Below, in pieces: positions 27,586-38,749 of a stretch of DNA of 64,000 bases. The stretch lies in contig CAJVPI010000015.1 in the NCBI GenBank assembly GCA_910592345.1, forward strand, positions 1 through 64,000. Direction: 5' to 3'. Under the pieces are notes generated by a model. It made no database searches and was not told where the DNA came from. It saw only the letters and a program-made list of their open reading frames with translations. Made by a program: the position numbers and the translations under genes. The DNA is from Paraglomus brasilianum. Lineage: Eukaryota. Numbering within the stretch: the stretch's first letter is position 1; each line of letters starts with the position of its first letter.

Positions 27586-28356
27586 TCATTCCGATTCGTC
27601 ATTGTACATGATTCGTTTCACTGTGATTTTCGTTCCTCGTTTTACAATCGGCGAGAGACTTTTGTCTGCATCAAGGACGTTACCAAGCCGATCCGTTGGT
27701 GGATTCTAAATGCGACGAACAGTTTTATAACGAATTGCGTAAACTGGCTTGGAATTATATGATATGAAAAGTTCGCACATTGCTCCTGGGATTCAATAAT
27801 GAATACATACCGCTGAAGCAAGACACGATTTAATTATAGACTTTTGCCTAGCAGTAGTTGGACTTGATCTAATAGCGGGAGACGGTGCTTCTAACTCTTT
27901 ACGATTCCATCGAACCTTTTTATCTCCAAAATCATTTTCCCGTCCATCGCCATCTGTCTCATTGTCATTATTACTGCCCATGTCGCTATCCATATCGCAG
28001 TTTTGGTCTAAAATTTTAGACTCTTCACATATTTTTGAAGGACTTGGTGGCCTTGGTTCATCCTTATGGATAACAAGAACACGAATTTTGCATCTATACA
28101 GTCTATTCCTTTCAGTATTACGCTCTGTCAGACGATTCCACGTGACATCGCTTATTTTCGGTGGGCGAGATAAAGGAAGCAACTTATCTGATGTTACAGT
28201 AGATGTGCGTCGAGACGATATGGTCTTTCGGCTCGAATTAGTTGAAGTAGAAAGAGAGGATACGGCCGGACGCGTTTGACAAGGAAGATTGGATGCCTGA
28301 ATTTGCGTTTGCGGTGAGATTTTATTGGGCAAAATGGCAAGTGGAGTTGATGACAT
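27586..28356 (-). CDS. Conserved-looking fungal protein of unknown function, about 221 aa, 2 exons
   Basis: Exon 28356-27811 (gtatgt donor) plus exon 27705-27586 (ttag acceptor; NPPTDRLGNVLDADKSL...KRIMYNDESE*). Motifs LTERNTERNRLY, PRPPSPS, KKVRWN. Confidence 0.7.
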
Positions 28357-29059
28357 TGGTAAAAGTTGTTGAAGTGAAATGATTTATAATCAAGCCAAAC
28401 TGAAAATAATAATAATAATAATAACAACAATCATGTTGTTTTGACAGTCAGCGTGATCTCGACGTCATTCATGACCTAACGATTGGATGACAATAAATCC
28501 ACATTTGTAAATGACGTAGTTGGCTGCTTAGTTTGTCGATACATTAGACTGGATATGTTAGGATGGCCTAAAAAAAGTCTGTAGTTTCGTGTTTTTTCCG
28601 CGATGTCTGATTTATTGGCGATCGACCGTGTTGTCTTTTAACATTTGATCACGTGAATTCGAAATGGCTGATGTAGCCAGAGTGTCACATGGACTAATTT
28701 TAGTTACAATTTCGACCCCTATATAACAAATTAAAATGTTGACTAATATCAAACTTGTTCGAGATAAACTTTTTTACTTGAGGTATAATAGGCTTATTTC
28801 TACATAAAAAAAATATAAATATGAAACTAAGTTACATCAAATCCACTATGTTAGAAGTTAGAAAAATGCACCTTATGTTTTTAAAATTTTCCAGCATTAT
28901 CTTGATAAGAAAAAAATTATTTATGAAATTTACCAAGAGAAAAGAAAATAATAGATATTAACATTAATGCAGTAGTATAAAATATCAAAAATCATGGTGG
29001 CCATATTGTGCGGATAATATTCGTTATACCCTGAAACTGCTAAATTGGTTGCATTTAAT

Positions 29060-29375
29060 AAAGGTGGTGATTGTATTTCAAATAAATATATTAACAATAA
29101 ATCTTATTTGCGATCGATGGAAACGTGCCAGAAATCGTGAATGGAATGCAACACTTGATAGTATAAAACGTCAAAATTCATATTGCGCAGGACGAGCTAA
29201 AAATACTCTTGATATTGCTAAGACGGTTGCAATGAATGGCCGGATTTCTTAAAAACAACTCTCGAGGGTTACAACTTGATATATTTTATCCAGAATATGA
29301 TTTCGCAATCGAAGTACAAGGAGAACAGCACGAAAAATGTATAGAATTCTTTCATGAGAATTTGAGCAAGATTAC
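29060..29375 (+). pseudogene. Zn-ribbon plus PD-(D/E)xK endonuclease-like gene relic
   Basis: Frameshifted fragments GGDCISNKYINNKSYL / WKRARNREWNATLDSIKRQNSYCAG / RPDFLKTTLEGLQLDIFYPEYDFAIEVQGEQHEK..FFH (LD...AIEVQGxQH nuclease-type motif). Confidence 0.6.
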
Positions 29376-29538
29376 GTAATATTCACGTGATATTGTGTAA
29401 CTGATTCACCGCGTATAAATTACGACAATCAGATTTTTTATAAGGGATTATTTGTCTTTCCTCTTCCAAATTTCTTTACTTACTAAAGGTATCAACCAAA
29501 TAAATTGCTTTCCAAATAAACCGAATTTTACCAAGACG

Positions 29539-30280
29539 ATGTTTTCTAATATAAAGTAAGTACTTATTATTAGTATAATACCTCTCCTCTTTCGTATCCT
29601 AATATACTTTTTTGTTTAGATCGGTTATCGCAACTCTGAAAGAAAACAAGGAGAATAAGGCGGATCAAAAGAAAAAGGAGAAAGACATCCAGAATATTAA
29701 AGCGCAAATCGATGACGCGTATGAAGAATGGTGCGATGAATATGACGAAGAAGCAGACTTTGTTTGTACCGCCATACCAACTTCGGAACCTCTCCAAGGT
29801 ATGCTAATATTCTGTACAAAAAAAAATTGCCAAATATTTTAAGCAAACCACTCTATATTTTTAGGCAAACTCCTTCTAAACCCCGTAAAAAAGCTATTAA
29901 ATAAAGACCCCAGTTGTTGGAACAACGATGACCTCATGCCGATAGCTGAACTTCTCGCTGGGCGACCTTTTATAGATGGATCTGGAGATAACTTCGAAGG
30001 CGCATCTGCGTTTCATTCGATCATGCCAGATTTTGACTTGTACTTAGAAGAACATGATGACATCCGTGGAATTGTAGACCCGATCTATTGCGATTGCACT
30101 TCCTCAAGCCGTACTTAACAACTACCCGCCAAACAATTCACCGCTCCCTCAACTGGTTAATTGGACAGGTCTAAATTATTGTTGGGTATTTAATGGTCGT
30201 AATCGGGCATCTGATTCCCAACACCTAGTTGGGTGGCTCCACGCGCGGTGAATGGACTCAGGTTAATACCACTTCTCCGG
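29539..30280 (+). pseudogene. Spliced hypothetical gene with a frameshift near 30085
   Basis: ATG 29539, introns about 29556-29619 and 29799-29864, giving MFSNIKSVIATLKENKE...GKLLLNPVKKLLNKDPSCWNNDDLMPIAELLAGRP... A shifted frame continues VIALPQAVLNNYPPNNSPLPQLVNWTG. Confidence 0.5.
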
Positions 30281-30297
30281 GATTATATTATTGATTA

Positions 30298-30732
30298 TTA
30301 GTTTAGTATGTGCTTTTCTCTTTTTCCCTTTTTCTTCATATCTGTTTTTGCTTCACGTAGCCATAACCATGGTATACCTAAAATGAGATTAGCTTTTAGA
30401 TAACGGTCTTTAACAACCTCAAAATCATTTAAGCCTGTATCGCTTTTAGATACCAGTCTTTCTTTTTCCTTGTATCTGAAAGATAAATCTAGGCATCTTA
30501 TAGTACCTAACGAGTTTTTCACTCTTTGATTCTTATAATTATTACCGTATTTTTCTTCAATTTCTTCAAGCTTATCGGCCAAGCTTTTGCTAATAAAATT
30601 TTTGCTAGATGATGTATCAATCAATGCCTTGACTGCGTGGTGTTCATGTCCCAGTTCTATTGCTTTGTAACGCGTTTCTTGATGACTTATTTCATCTGAA
30701 AAAGGCCATATTTTACATTCTACGTATGCCAT
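30298..30732 (-). CDS. Retropepsin-like (aspartyl protease fold) small protein
   Basis: HAVKALIDTSSSKNFISKSLADKL near the N-terminus and NLILGIPWL near the C-terminus, the pattern of retroviral-type aspartyl proteases. Confidence 0.65.
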   Translation of the reverse strand: MAYVECKIWPFSDEISHQETRYKAIELGHEHHAVKALIDTSSSKNFISKSLADKLEEIEEKYGNNYKNQRVKNSLGTIRCLDLSFRYKEKERLVSKSDTGLNDFEVVKDRYLKANLILGIPWLWLREAKTDMKKKGKREKHILN

Positions 30733-30859
30733 TTTGTTGTGCTTTCTTAACTGAATATTTATTGCGCCAGAAAAAAAAAACTCCCTTAAATAAAATTTCG
30801 GGATAGATTCTATTTAGTCCGGCTATTCCTCTTTAAATATGGGTTTTATTTTTAGGTAA

Positions 30860-31360
30860 AAGTTTTGGAAATTGCTTATTATGTCCTTTCTAATCCGTAA
30901 ACAATCCCTAATTTTTATCACTCCCAATTTGGGGGGTTAGTTTTGGAATTTTTAAAAATGTTTTCGGGCTTAAACGTCTAGAGCCTCTTATTGTGAGTGT
31001 TTTTAAATTGGGACACTCAGCTAGAAGTGCTTCTAGATTTTTATTGTTAAGTATATGCAACCCACAATTTTCAAAACTTAGCCGTTGTAAATTTAGACAT
31101 GCCTTACACACTTCGGAAATGTACACATCCGGCTCTATTTATTTCTCCAATAAATTTTAGACCTAGCACTTGTTCACATGCGGCTGGCTTAGTATTCCTA
31201 CTCAAGGCCTTAGTAAACTTGGCCCCGGAAATGCCTGTTAGGACTATTCTTTGCCATATTAGTCTTTTAGCAATAAAGTACCATTGCTTATTAACAAATA
31301 AAAGTGGATCCATTTCTCGGCCCTATTCTTTCGAGAATCTCATTTGGCAAAGATATGTAA
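30860..31360 (-). pseudogene. F-box plus leucine-rich-repeat gene relic (continuation of the PolB reading frame)
   Basis: SLPNEILERI / DPLLFVNKQWYFIAKRLIWQRIVL (F-box), then CKACLNLQRLSFENC and LAECPNLKTLTIRGS (LRR), split by frameshifts. Confidence 0.7.
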
Positions 31361-31389
31361 CGGATGAGAGTTTTTTCTGATTTCTCAGT

Positions 31390-32590
31390 TGGCGGAGGAA
31401 TTATTTCATCAAAATTGACCCACTTTAGATTCATCACATTCTTTATCGACACGATGCCTGATTTTGCAATTTTTAGATCACTCTTACCAACTCCTTCATA
31501 TCTTTCTATCAGCTGTTCTGTATTTTTATCTGAAATAATGAATCCATCCATCTGTGTGGATACGCTTTACACGATCTCCTAGTGGTTTAATTTTCCCCGA
31601 TATAATTCTGCGCCCTCTCGCTGTAATAAAAGGTGCCATGACCTAGTCTTCGTCCATCTGAGTATAATCGTCCCCAGAATGATACTAGCATATGCTTGGC
31701 AACTTTACCTGCCTGTCCGCCTTCTTGCTTGATCTTTGTAAGATAACTTGCCCATTGATAGAAACTATTATATCCGCTCTTTAGATAAATTTGATCATAT
31801 ATTAGAGCATTAGGACTTTCAGAGGATAACTCTATGTGAAGATCTAGTTCCATCGCTAATTTCAAGTCATAGTGAGAGTAATATTCTGCGGGATTATAAC
31901 GAAATCCTCTTATACATTTTTGATTCGCTGGCTGGTCTTTTATAAAAGCTCGATATATACCATATTCTAGATTATAATAATTAAGATTATGCGTGCCTGC
32001 TCTTACTGGCCAGCATAAGCTAAGATGTTCGGATAAAATTCATTAAAGTCCAATTCGGTCGCGATTCCTTCATATGGCTCATCCCATACTAGGCCTCCCA
32101 TGTAGGCCGAATTAATCCAATAATCTTCTTCTTGTGTTAAGCCTTCTGCTTTTCTAGAAGCTAAAGTGACATCTTGAAAGAAACGCAAACTTGCCATTGC
32201 ATATGTTCCAATTTTTCGTAAATCAATCTGTCCTCTACTCCGCCATGCAATTGCACTGGCTTCTTCATTATATCGTTTATGAGCTTCCTAAAGTGTCTCA
32301 TTTGGATTGGCTTTGATTAAAAACCAGTCTCGGGATAAATCACGGAAGTCATTTTCGGAGCCAATCCATTGTGTAGAACCATCATAGAACTCGATATGCA
32401 AACCTTGCTTTTTCTAGAATAGAAATCACCGGATAGCTGAATACCATCTTGTATCAGTATTTTGATAGGTTAAAGCGGTCTCATAGTCGCTTGCCCCCTC
32501 TGACTCTTCCTCTGGATCTTCTTCGGGTTCTGGTGGCTTGGAAGGTGCGGGTAACTCGGGTGGCGTCGGGTCTCCCCAGAAATTTCCGAA
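31390..32590 (-). pseudogene. Compact family-B DNA polymerase-like gene, decayed
   Basis: Colinear motifs: SAYMGGLVW..PYEGIATELDFNEFYPNIL (motif A), KVAKHMLVSFWGRLY (motif B variant), FITARGR, RIHTDGFII (motif C). In-frame stops near 32427, 32415 and 32289, and frameshifts near 32000 and 31635. Confidence 0.75.
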
Positions 32591-32739
32591 CAATCACCCT
32601 AATGCGCCGGTGATACTACCTAGAATTCCGCTCGTTTTTTTCCCAAAGATTATATATGGTTACAAAAAGTTTAAAATAAAAATTAATTTATTCGGATAAT
32701 TAGTATTACATATTTATTCAAAAAGAAGAGACTAATAGA

Positions 32740-32958
32740 ATGGGATTTTATAATTGTCCGTATATTCTTAGGACTGGAGAAGTGTGCAATGAGGGATGCT
32801 ATATCGGGCAGAAGGGTGCAAAGTCCATTGGAACGAATTCCATGTATAGAATGCGGAAAATTAACTTCCTCTGTTTATAGTGCTTGTAGAAAACATGCAG
32901 GAAAATATCATATTCGAGAATTTTATCAGCAACGGAAGCTTGCAAAAAATTCAGGCTA
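32740..32958 (+). pseudogene. Small Cys/His Zn-finger gene relic
   Basis: MGFYNCPYILRTGEVCNEGCY / RAEGCKVHW / PCIECGKLTSSVYSACRKHAGKY, with two frameshifts. Confidence 0.55.
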
Positions 32959-33479
32959 GTGACGCTAGTAACAAGCTAGTGATGAGCTGGCTAGCTTTCT
33001 GGTATAAACTGGTCAAATTTAGTAATATTTTGCTTTTCGATGTGGAAAGTAAAATAATATGATCTTTCTTATTACTTGCCCGAAATAAATTATTGGTCAC
33101 ATTTTTGGCGAACTTTTTTGATGATAAGTTCGCTGAAATTTCCGTCACATGATTTTTCTCCTTGGATGAAACCATTTCTCGAATCAAGCCCTTTTCATTT
33201 TTCGCTCATTGGAAGTAGTAGATGTAGTAGACGCAGTATTCTGGGAAATCGAGCGTGCCTCCTGGCTAGGTGATTCATATTGAAGTTTTCCCTCCCTATT
33301 CCTCTGCCTAATCTCATTACTAACCCTTTCTTATGCATCTCATTCAAGAAGGCGTCTGTCTCTTTATCCTCCAATGACTTCTGCTTAACTCGTGTAAGAA
33401 AACTGGATTTTAGATTTGGATGAAACCTCAGAAGCATTATCAAGCTGGTCCACAACAAAGCTAGGTATATTAACAATTT

Positions 33480-34260
33480 CCCCGGAAGAAATATCTTGGG
33501 TTTGCTGTTTGATCCTCGGCCTTTAAACCTTATCGTGCTCGTCTCAAGTCTAAAGAAAAAAAATCGATTATACTATATCGTTTTTATCTCAGGTATAAGT
33601 CAACATCGCGTAGTAAAATACCTACCGATATGCCCTCTCCTACAATCGGTGGATGACGGTGAAACTCGAGTTACGAGAAAAATTCCATGGAGCAGAAGAC
33701 GGGAGGAAAACGCGACAACCTGCCCAGGACGAAGCGGAACGATAATTTAGAGTTGAGGAAAGCAAAGTTCACCCCCCTCGAAATCGCCAAGAGCGACTAA
33801 GCAACACAAAGAATTCGGTTCGTCGTCATGCTCATCTCAGTGAAAATCGCTTATAGTATTAAAATTAATCACGATCATAGGGAAGACGCCAAATGGTCTA
33901 GGTACAAATACCCGTATTCTAGCTTGCTTAATTTCTCGTACAAATTCTGGTAATATATTTTAAGAAATTCATTAACGCAATTCGATAACGGAGCTGGTAT
34001 AAGGGAGGGGATTATACAAAGTATATGCACCAAAATGTTCTTCCAGAACTCATTATTTCAATGCGAAGGGTTGTTTAATGTATGAAAATAGTATTTGTTT
34101 ACATCATCTATTGCTTGCATTACGGCTATTTGATTCTTGAGATTTTCAAGACACTCTGGTTTCACAACATGACGATATAGATAGTCGAGTCTTTCTCTCT
34201 GCATATTGCGATATCGATTGTTCTGGAAGATGAGCAAATTACACGACAATAATCTGTACT
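33480..34260 (-). pseudogene. TET/JBP-like 2OG-Fe(II) dioxygenase, decayed
   Basis: Manual translation: PRPFGVFPMIVINFNTISDFH*DEHDDEPNSLCCLVALGDFEGGELCFPQL*IIVPLRPGQVVAFSSRLLLHG. This gives HxD (33834-33842) ... GDFEGGxL ... distal H, the pattern of fungal TET/JBP-family dioxygenases. Stops and frameshifts are present. Confidence 0.75.
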
Positions 34261-34641
34261 ACGAAAACACTATATAAATACATGGATTTTCTCTGTTTGT
34301 ATTTGATTCTTCTTCTTCTTTTTCGCAGGTGCTTGTATTTGATTCAACCAACAACGTATACCAAAAAATGTCAGAAGGTATTTTATTTTTGTAACTACCG
34401 TAATTTGCCGAATACCCCGGATATTTTGTACGGTAAGGGGTATATTACATACAAATTACTTCGCTGATATCAGTATTACGTGTTTATGCTCGATGATGTC
34501 ACAATTAACGTAAATTATGTATAGACGCGTTGTAATGCTAAAATTTTCTTTATTTTTATCACCTTACTTAACAAGGTAAGAACTATCGCTATTGCAAAGT
34601 ATTATTTGGCTTGCAAAAAAATAATCATCGTATATCTAATA

Positions 34642-34995
34642 ATGGCAGGTTTAAACAAAGATACGGGGTTCAGAGGCGCGTTTTCATACTTGAATAATAA
34701 TAGTATTTATGTTATTGTGATGGGTCCGAACACCGAATTAAGAATGCAAGCAGTCGCTGTAGCGGTAGCTAGGCTGTACTTTACAGACAACAATGGCAAT
34801 CCTGTCCAAGTTCCAAACGGGTTCACTCTCACCGACACTCAAGGAAACGCTATACTACCTTTTCTCGGGAATTACTATGTGACGTGGTTTAATTCCTATG
34901 AAATGAGGATGAATGGCCAACGATTCGGGGGATTAACGACACAACAACAACAAGCCATTGATTTGGATGAAAATTATCATCGTTATGTCATTTAG
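34642..34995 (+). CDS. Small intronless hypothetical protein, 117 aa, predicted beta-rich
   Basis: Uninterrupted ORF MAGLNKDTGFRGAFSYLNNNSIYVIVMG...RLYFTDNNGNPVQVPNGFTLTD...YVTWFNSYEMRMNG with natural composition. Confidence 0.6.
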   Translation: MAGLNKDTGFRGAFSYLNNNSIYVIVMGPNTELRMQAVAVAVARLYFTDNNGNPVQVPNGFTLTDTQGNAILPFLGNYYVTWFNSYEMRMNGQRFGGLTTQQQQAIDLDENYHRYVI

Positions 34996-36249
34996 TGGGG
35001 ATAATGTTCTTTTATCAGTGCTTTTTTATTCGCCTAGATTATCCTCTAAATTTCTTCGGAATTTTATCAGGTTCACGGCGGCAATCGGCCTCTTGATTTC
35101 AAACTTTATTTCTACTTTTATGGTAAGATATATTATGATCAAATAATAAAATAGTTACCCGCATCTAATTTTGCCACTAACGAAGGTTTGACGGTTTTCG
35201 GTTCTCATACATATTATACAATAAAAAGTGTTACTGTACTGTTCATAAGTCTATAGAAAAATTGCTTTTTGAGATAACAAAACCTTTGGATATAACCTCG
35301 CCATGACCACTTTTCATAAGTTTTAATAATTTCTTTCCAGAGTTCGAAAATAGCGTCTGAGGTGTTTTGGATGTGCTAGCTCCCGCATTACTTCCTTCAC
35401 CAACCCCGTCGCGAACCACTCGCATATCGTACCTAAGATGTTTTACAGTTTCGGACATATCAGCAATGATTTTGTGTTGCTTCTTCTTGAACGGCTTCGT
35501 GTTGAATTCTTTTTCGGTTTGTTGGTTATTTAATACTGAATCGATTTTCGAAATGAGTGTTGCTTCACTTCTGATTCACATACAACGTAGATTTAGCTGA
35601 AGTTGTAGGGATATGCTGCTGGTTCGCTAGAATCATTGTAATAGTCAAAAGACACACTGAAGTAATGAAAAAGTGTACCTATTGCTGCTATTTCATTCAC
35701 CGCCCAGTCTCTAGCATCAATGACAACATTGTTTTTATGCCCATGCACTGTGTCGTGCCGACTACTGCGGGAGAGCGTATAGTAATCGACACTTGGGATT
35801 TAGCTAGTCTCGACGGAGCGTGGCGCCGCCTAGTTAAATTTCTGGTTTACAGTTAGTGACCTCGTCAATTCAAGGCTTTCCACTTACGGGCTTTTTTACC
35901 GTAGAATGATGCTAATCCTAGATATATTAACTGTACTCGAGTATGTCTATCAGTTACTATCGTGGGATAAATCGATAGTCTCCCGTCTGGGGTACAATGG
36001 TGTATAAATCATAATAATGCGCATCTACATAACAATTAATTATCGCGATTATTCTTCATCGATATAGGGATTAGCGGTTTCTCAGCTATACCGATAAGTT
36101 ACCAGGGAATGAATTATTAACAATGTATTTCAGAGTATAAAGAACTACTCATTTATTTACAATAAAGGAATCGAGAGTAATTAGACATGCTAAACATGCA
36201 CTTATTGACTGACTTTTTATCTAACTGAAATCTACGCTACTTATATATC

Positions 36250-36810
36250 TTTCGAGCGGAATAATTGATCTATTCTTAGCAGCAAATTCCGCTATTCTGT
36301 CGATAGTTCTTTAGTATACGTTTAGAATGCACTGAAACGTTTCCGCACTATTTCATCACTGTTTTAGCACTGTTCGTGCCACTGACAGTACCCCGCAACG
36401 TTTAGGAGAGACTATTAATTTGACAAACCTCCTGTAATAATGACGCAAACGGCGCAAACGCCTGATCTTCCGTCAATTTCTTCAAAGCTTTGTCTGCAGG
36501 TTCGCGGAACGAGATTGTCTGACATTTTACGATAATCTATTTGTAAACAAATGTATGCAGTACGAGTTATTGCCCGAGCATTTTATTAACAGATATGTGT
36601 GCTCGGATAAACTCCAACGCTCCCCTGACGTTTGCAAACCCTTTTGCACGTAAATACCTACCGTGCGCTCCGCCACAGTCTTTTCAAGAGTCGAAATTTT
36701 TTCCAATTTTTCGGCCTCAAGCTTCCGATGTTACGCTTATAATTCGTGCTGAGACAAATCCCATGACCTTCGCCAACTTTTCTGGCTCATCAGAGGGAGA
36801 GGATAATTCG
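36250..36810 (-). pseudogene. Hypothetical gene relic
   Basis: Fragments KLEAEKLEKISTLEKTVAERT, YLRAKGFANVRGALEFIRAHI and FREPADKALKKLTEDQAF, with stops and frameshifts. Confidence 0.35.
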
Positions 36811-38129
36811 TTGTACGTCGTTTATGTCATCTATAATCCCAAATATGGTATTAAACTTACTTTTAATATTGTTAATCCAACGGAGATTATTTAGATTACG
36901 CTGTTCAACAACTATCTAAGATACTGTACCGTTCAATCATCTCAAAATTTCTTTGCCCTTCCTCTGCCTCTTGCTCCTCCCGATTATTGTTATCGTCTAT
37001 CACTTCTGAATTGTCCCAGATATATCAGAAGTAGATTCTACAATAGTAATATACGCTAACCTTCTTTCTTAATACTAACTTCAAAAAAACATAATATTAA
37101 TATAACTATCTCAAAGTATTCAAACATACATATATGACTTACATTGTTCAAGAAAAAAGTTTAACGTTTGCCATGATACAAAGAAAACTGCAGGCTAAGA
37201 CGCAATAATCCGTCATATGAATATTGACTTGTAATCATTGTTCTAGTGTTATATGAACGACAAATTTGTGAGAAATTATAAGGCGTTGATGAAACATTTA
37301 TGCTGAAAGGTGAAGAAGCCTCAGTACATGCTCATGGTACATAGTCAGTAGGATGCTTGGCCGAAAAGTAAAGACTCACATTTGGCGGTTGCGTTGAATT
37401 AAAGAGCATTTGCTTCGAGTAGCTAACATTAGTGATCTTTACAAATATTACACGCGATTTGTTTTACCCAAACATTTCCACGTGATCCAAACATCTCCCT
37501 ATTGGCCAACCCATCGCTACCATAGCACCAGACAACACACAATGCCCCTAGTGCCCAAACATCAAACGCAGTACCCTCCACCGCCTCCACCAATGCTCAA
37601 TCAATTCTATGCAGATGGCACACAATCGCAACCTCCCCCACAAATCCCCAATCCCTCACTTACTATTACACAGCACCAACTCTGGTTATAGTTAATACAA
37701 TCCCTGCAATCAGCAGCCATAACCGCACTCCTCCCCATTCTGATATCCTTAACTCATTGCTAGGACGTCTTCTCTACCTCCGCTCCATAGATATACATAT
37801 AGATTCACTCACTCCCTGGGTCTCCCCCAATAGAATACAGTCACTCATTAATATATCTAGAAATAGATACAGCACAAAAAAATTTTTTATTTTTTATTTT
37901 ATGTTTGGTTAACAAACAATCCTCTTTCATTTTTGTTTACCAGTAAAATTAAATTCAAGAAAAACTTTATTTATGTTCTTGACATGTGCCATTTTGAGAG
38001 GTAGACATAATTATAGCTGTTTGGATTGTTTGCTTAAGTAGTTTGCTCATTCGTTATTATTATATTAATGTACCGTATATACTGCTAATTAGGTGGGATA
38101 GCAATAGTAACAAAAAACACTCAAATAAA

Positions 38130-38749
38130 CCGGTACAGCAATTTTTCTTCGGATTAACGGGTTTGCTCTATAAACCAAAGTGTATATTCAGGGAAACCAT
38201 ACGTTCGGATAAACGGGGTAAGTGTTCAAGCTGCCAGATAATATATATCGTAAACACTACTCTTTATTCGCTTATAACATAAGCTTACTATACTAACAGC
38301 TTGTGAAATAACTGCTTATTTGAGATTAAACCTTAAAGTCAGAGATTGATTGACGTATTTTTTTTTACATTGATTTAACTCGTACAGTATATAAAGTCTT
38401 CGCTAAGACCAATGTCCATCTCTCTTTGTTCTAGGAAAGTTATTAACAATTTTTATAGGCAAATATAATTGGTCGAAATATTAATATGCGGTTTATCGGG
38501 GTCAATATTAATATTCGGTTTACAAATGTGGATGATATTATTGGCTTAAATAAATTGTTACGTCATTTTATTCGGATTATCGGGGTAAATTTTGATATTA
38601 ACATTAATATCAGAAAATCTCCGGTTTATTTATGGAGGTTTAATAGTAACTTCGGTTTGTCGGGGTAGTTTTAATAGGCTAAAGTGCGGATTTCAAAAAA
38701 AGGTTCGATCTAACGGGGTTTTCGGTTCGGTTTATCGGGGTTGACCTTG
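38130..38749. mobile_element. One-ended TIR-element relic
   Basis: Dispersed repeats of a ttcggattaacgggg/cggtttatcgggg motif, ending in ...cggtttatcggggttgaccttg followed by TA. The matching left terminus was not found. Confidence 0.45.

Larger units (their letters stand above)
29050..34300. mobile_element. Decayed DNA-virus / self-synthesising-element-like island
   Basis: Tightly packed, mostly broken genes (nuclease, protease, F-box/LRR, PolB, Zn finger, TET/JBP) between conserved host genes. No TIRs or TSD identified. Confidence 0.55.

Noticed and set aside
29050..34300. Labelling the island a canonical Polinton/Maverick
   Set aside because: No integrase, packaging ATPase, capsid, adenoviral-type cysteine protease, TIRs or 6-bp TSD could be seen.
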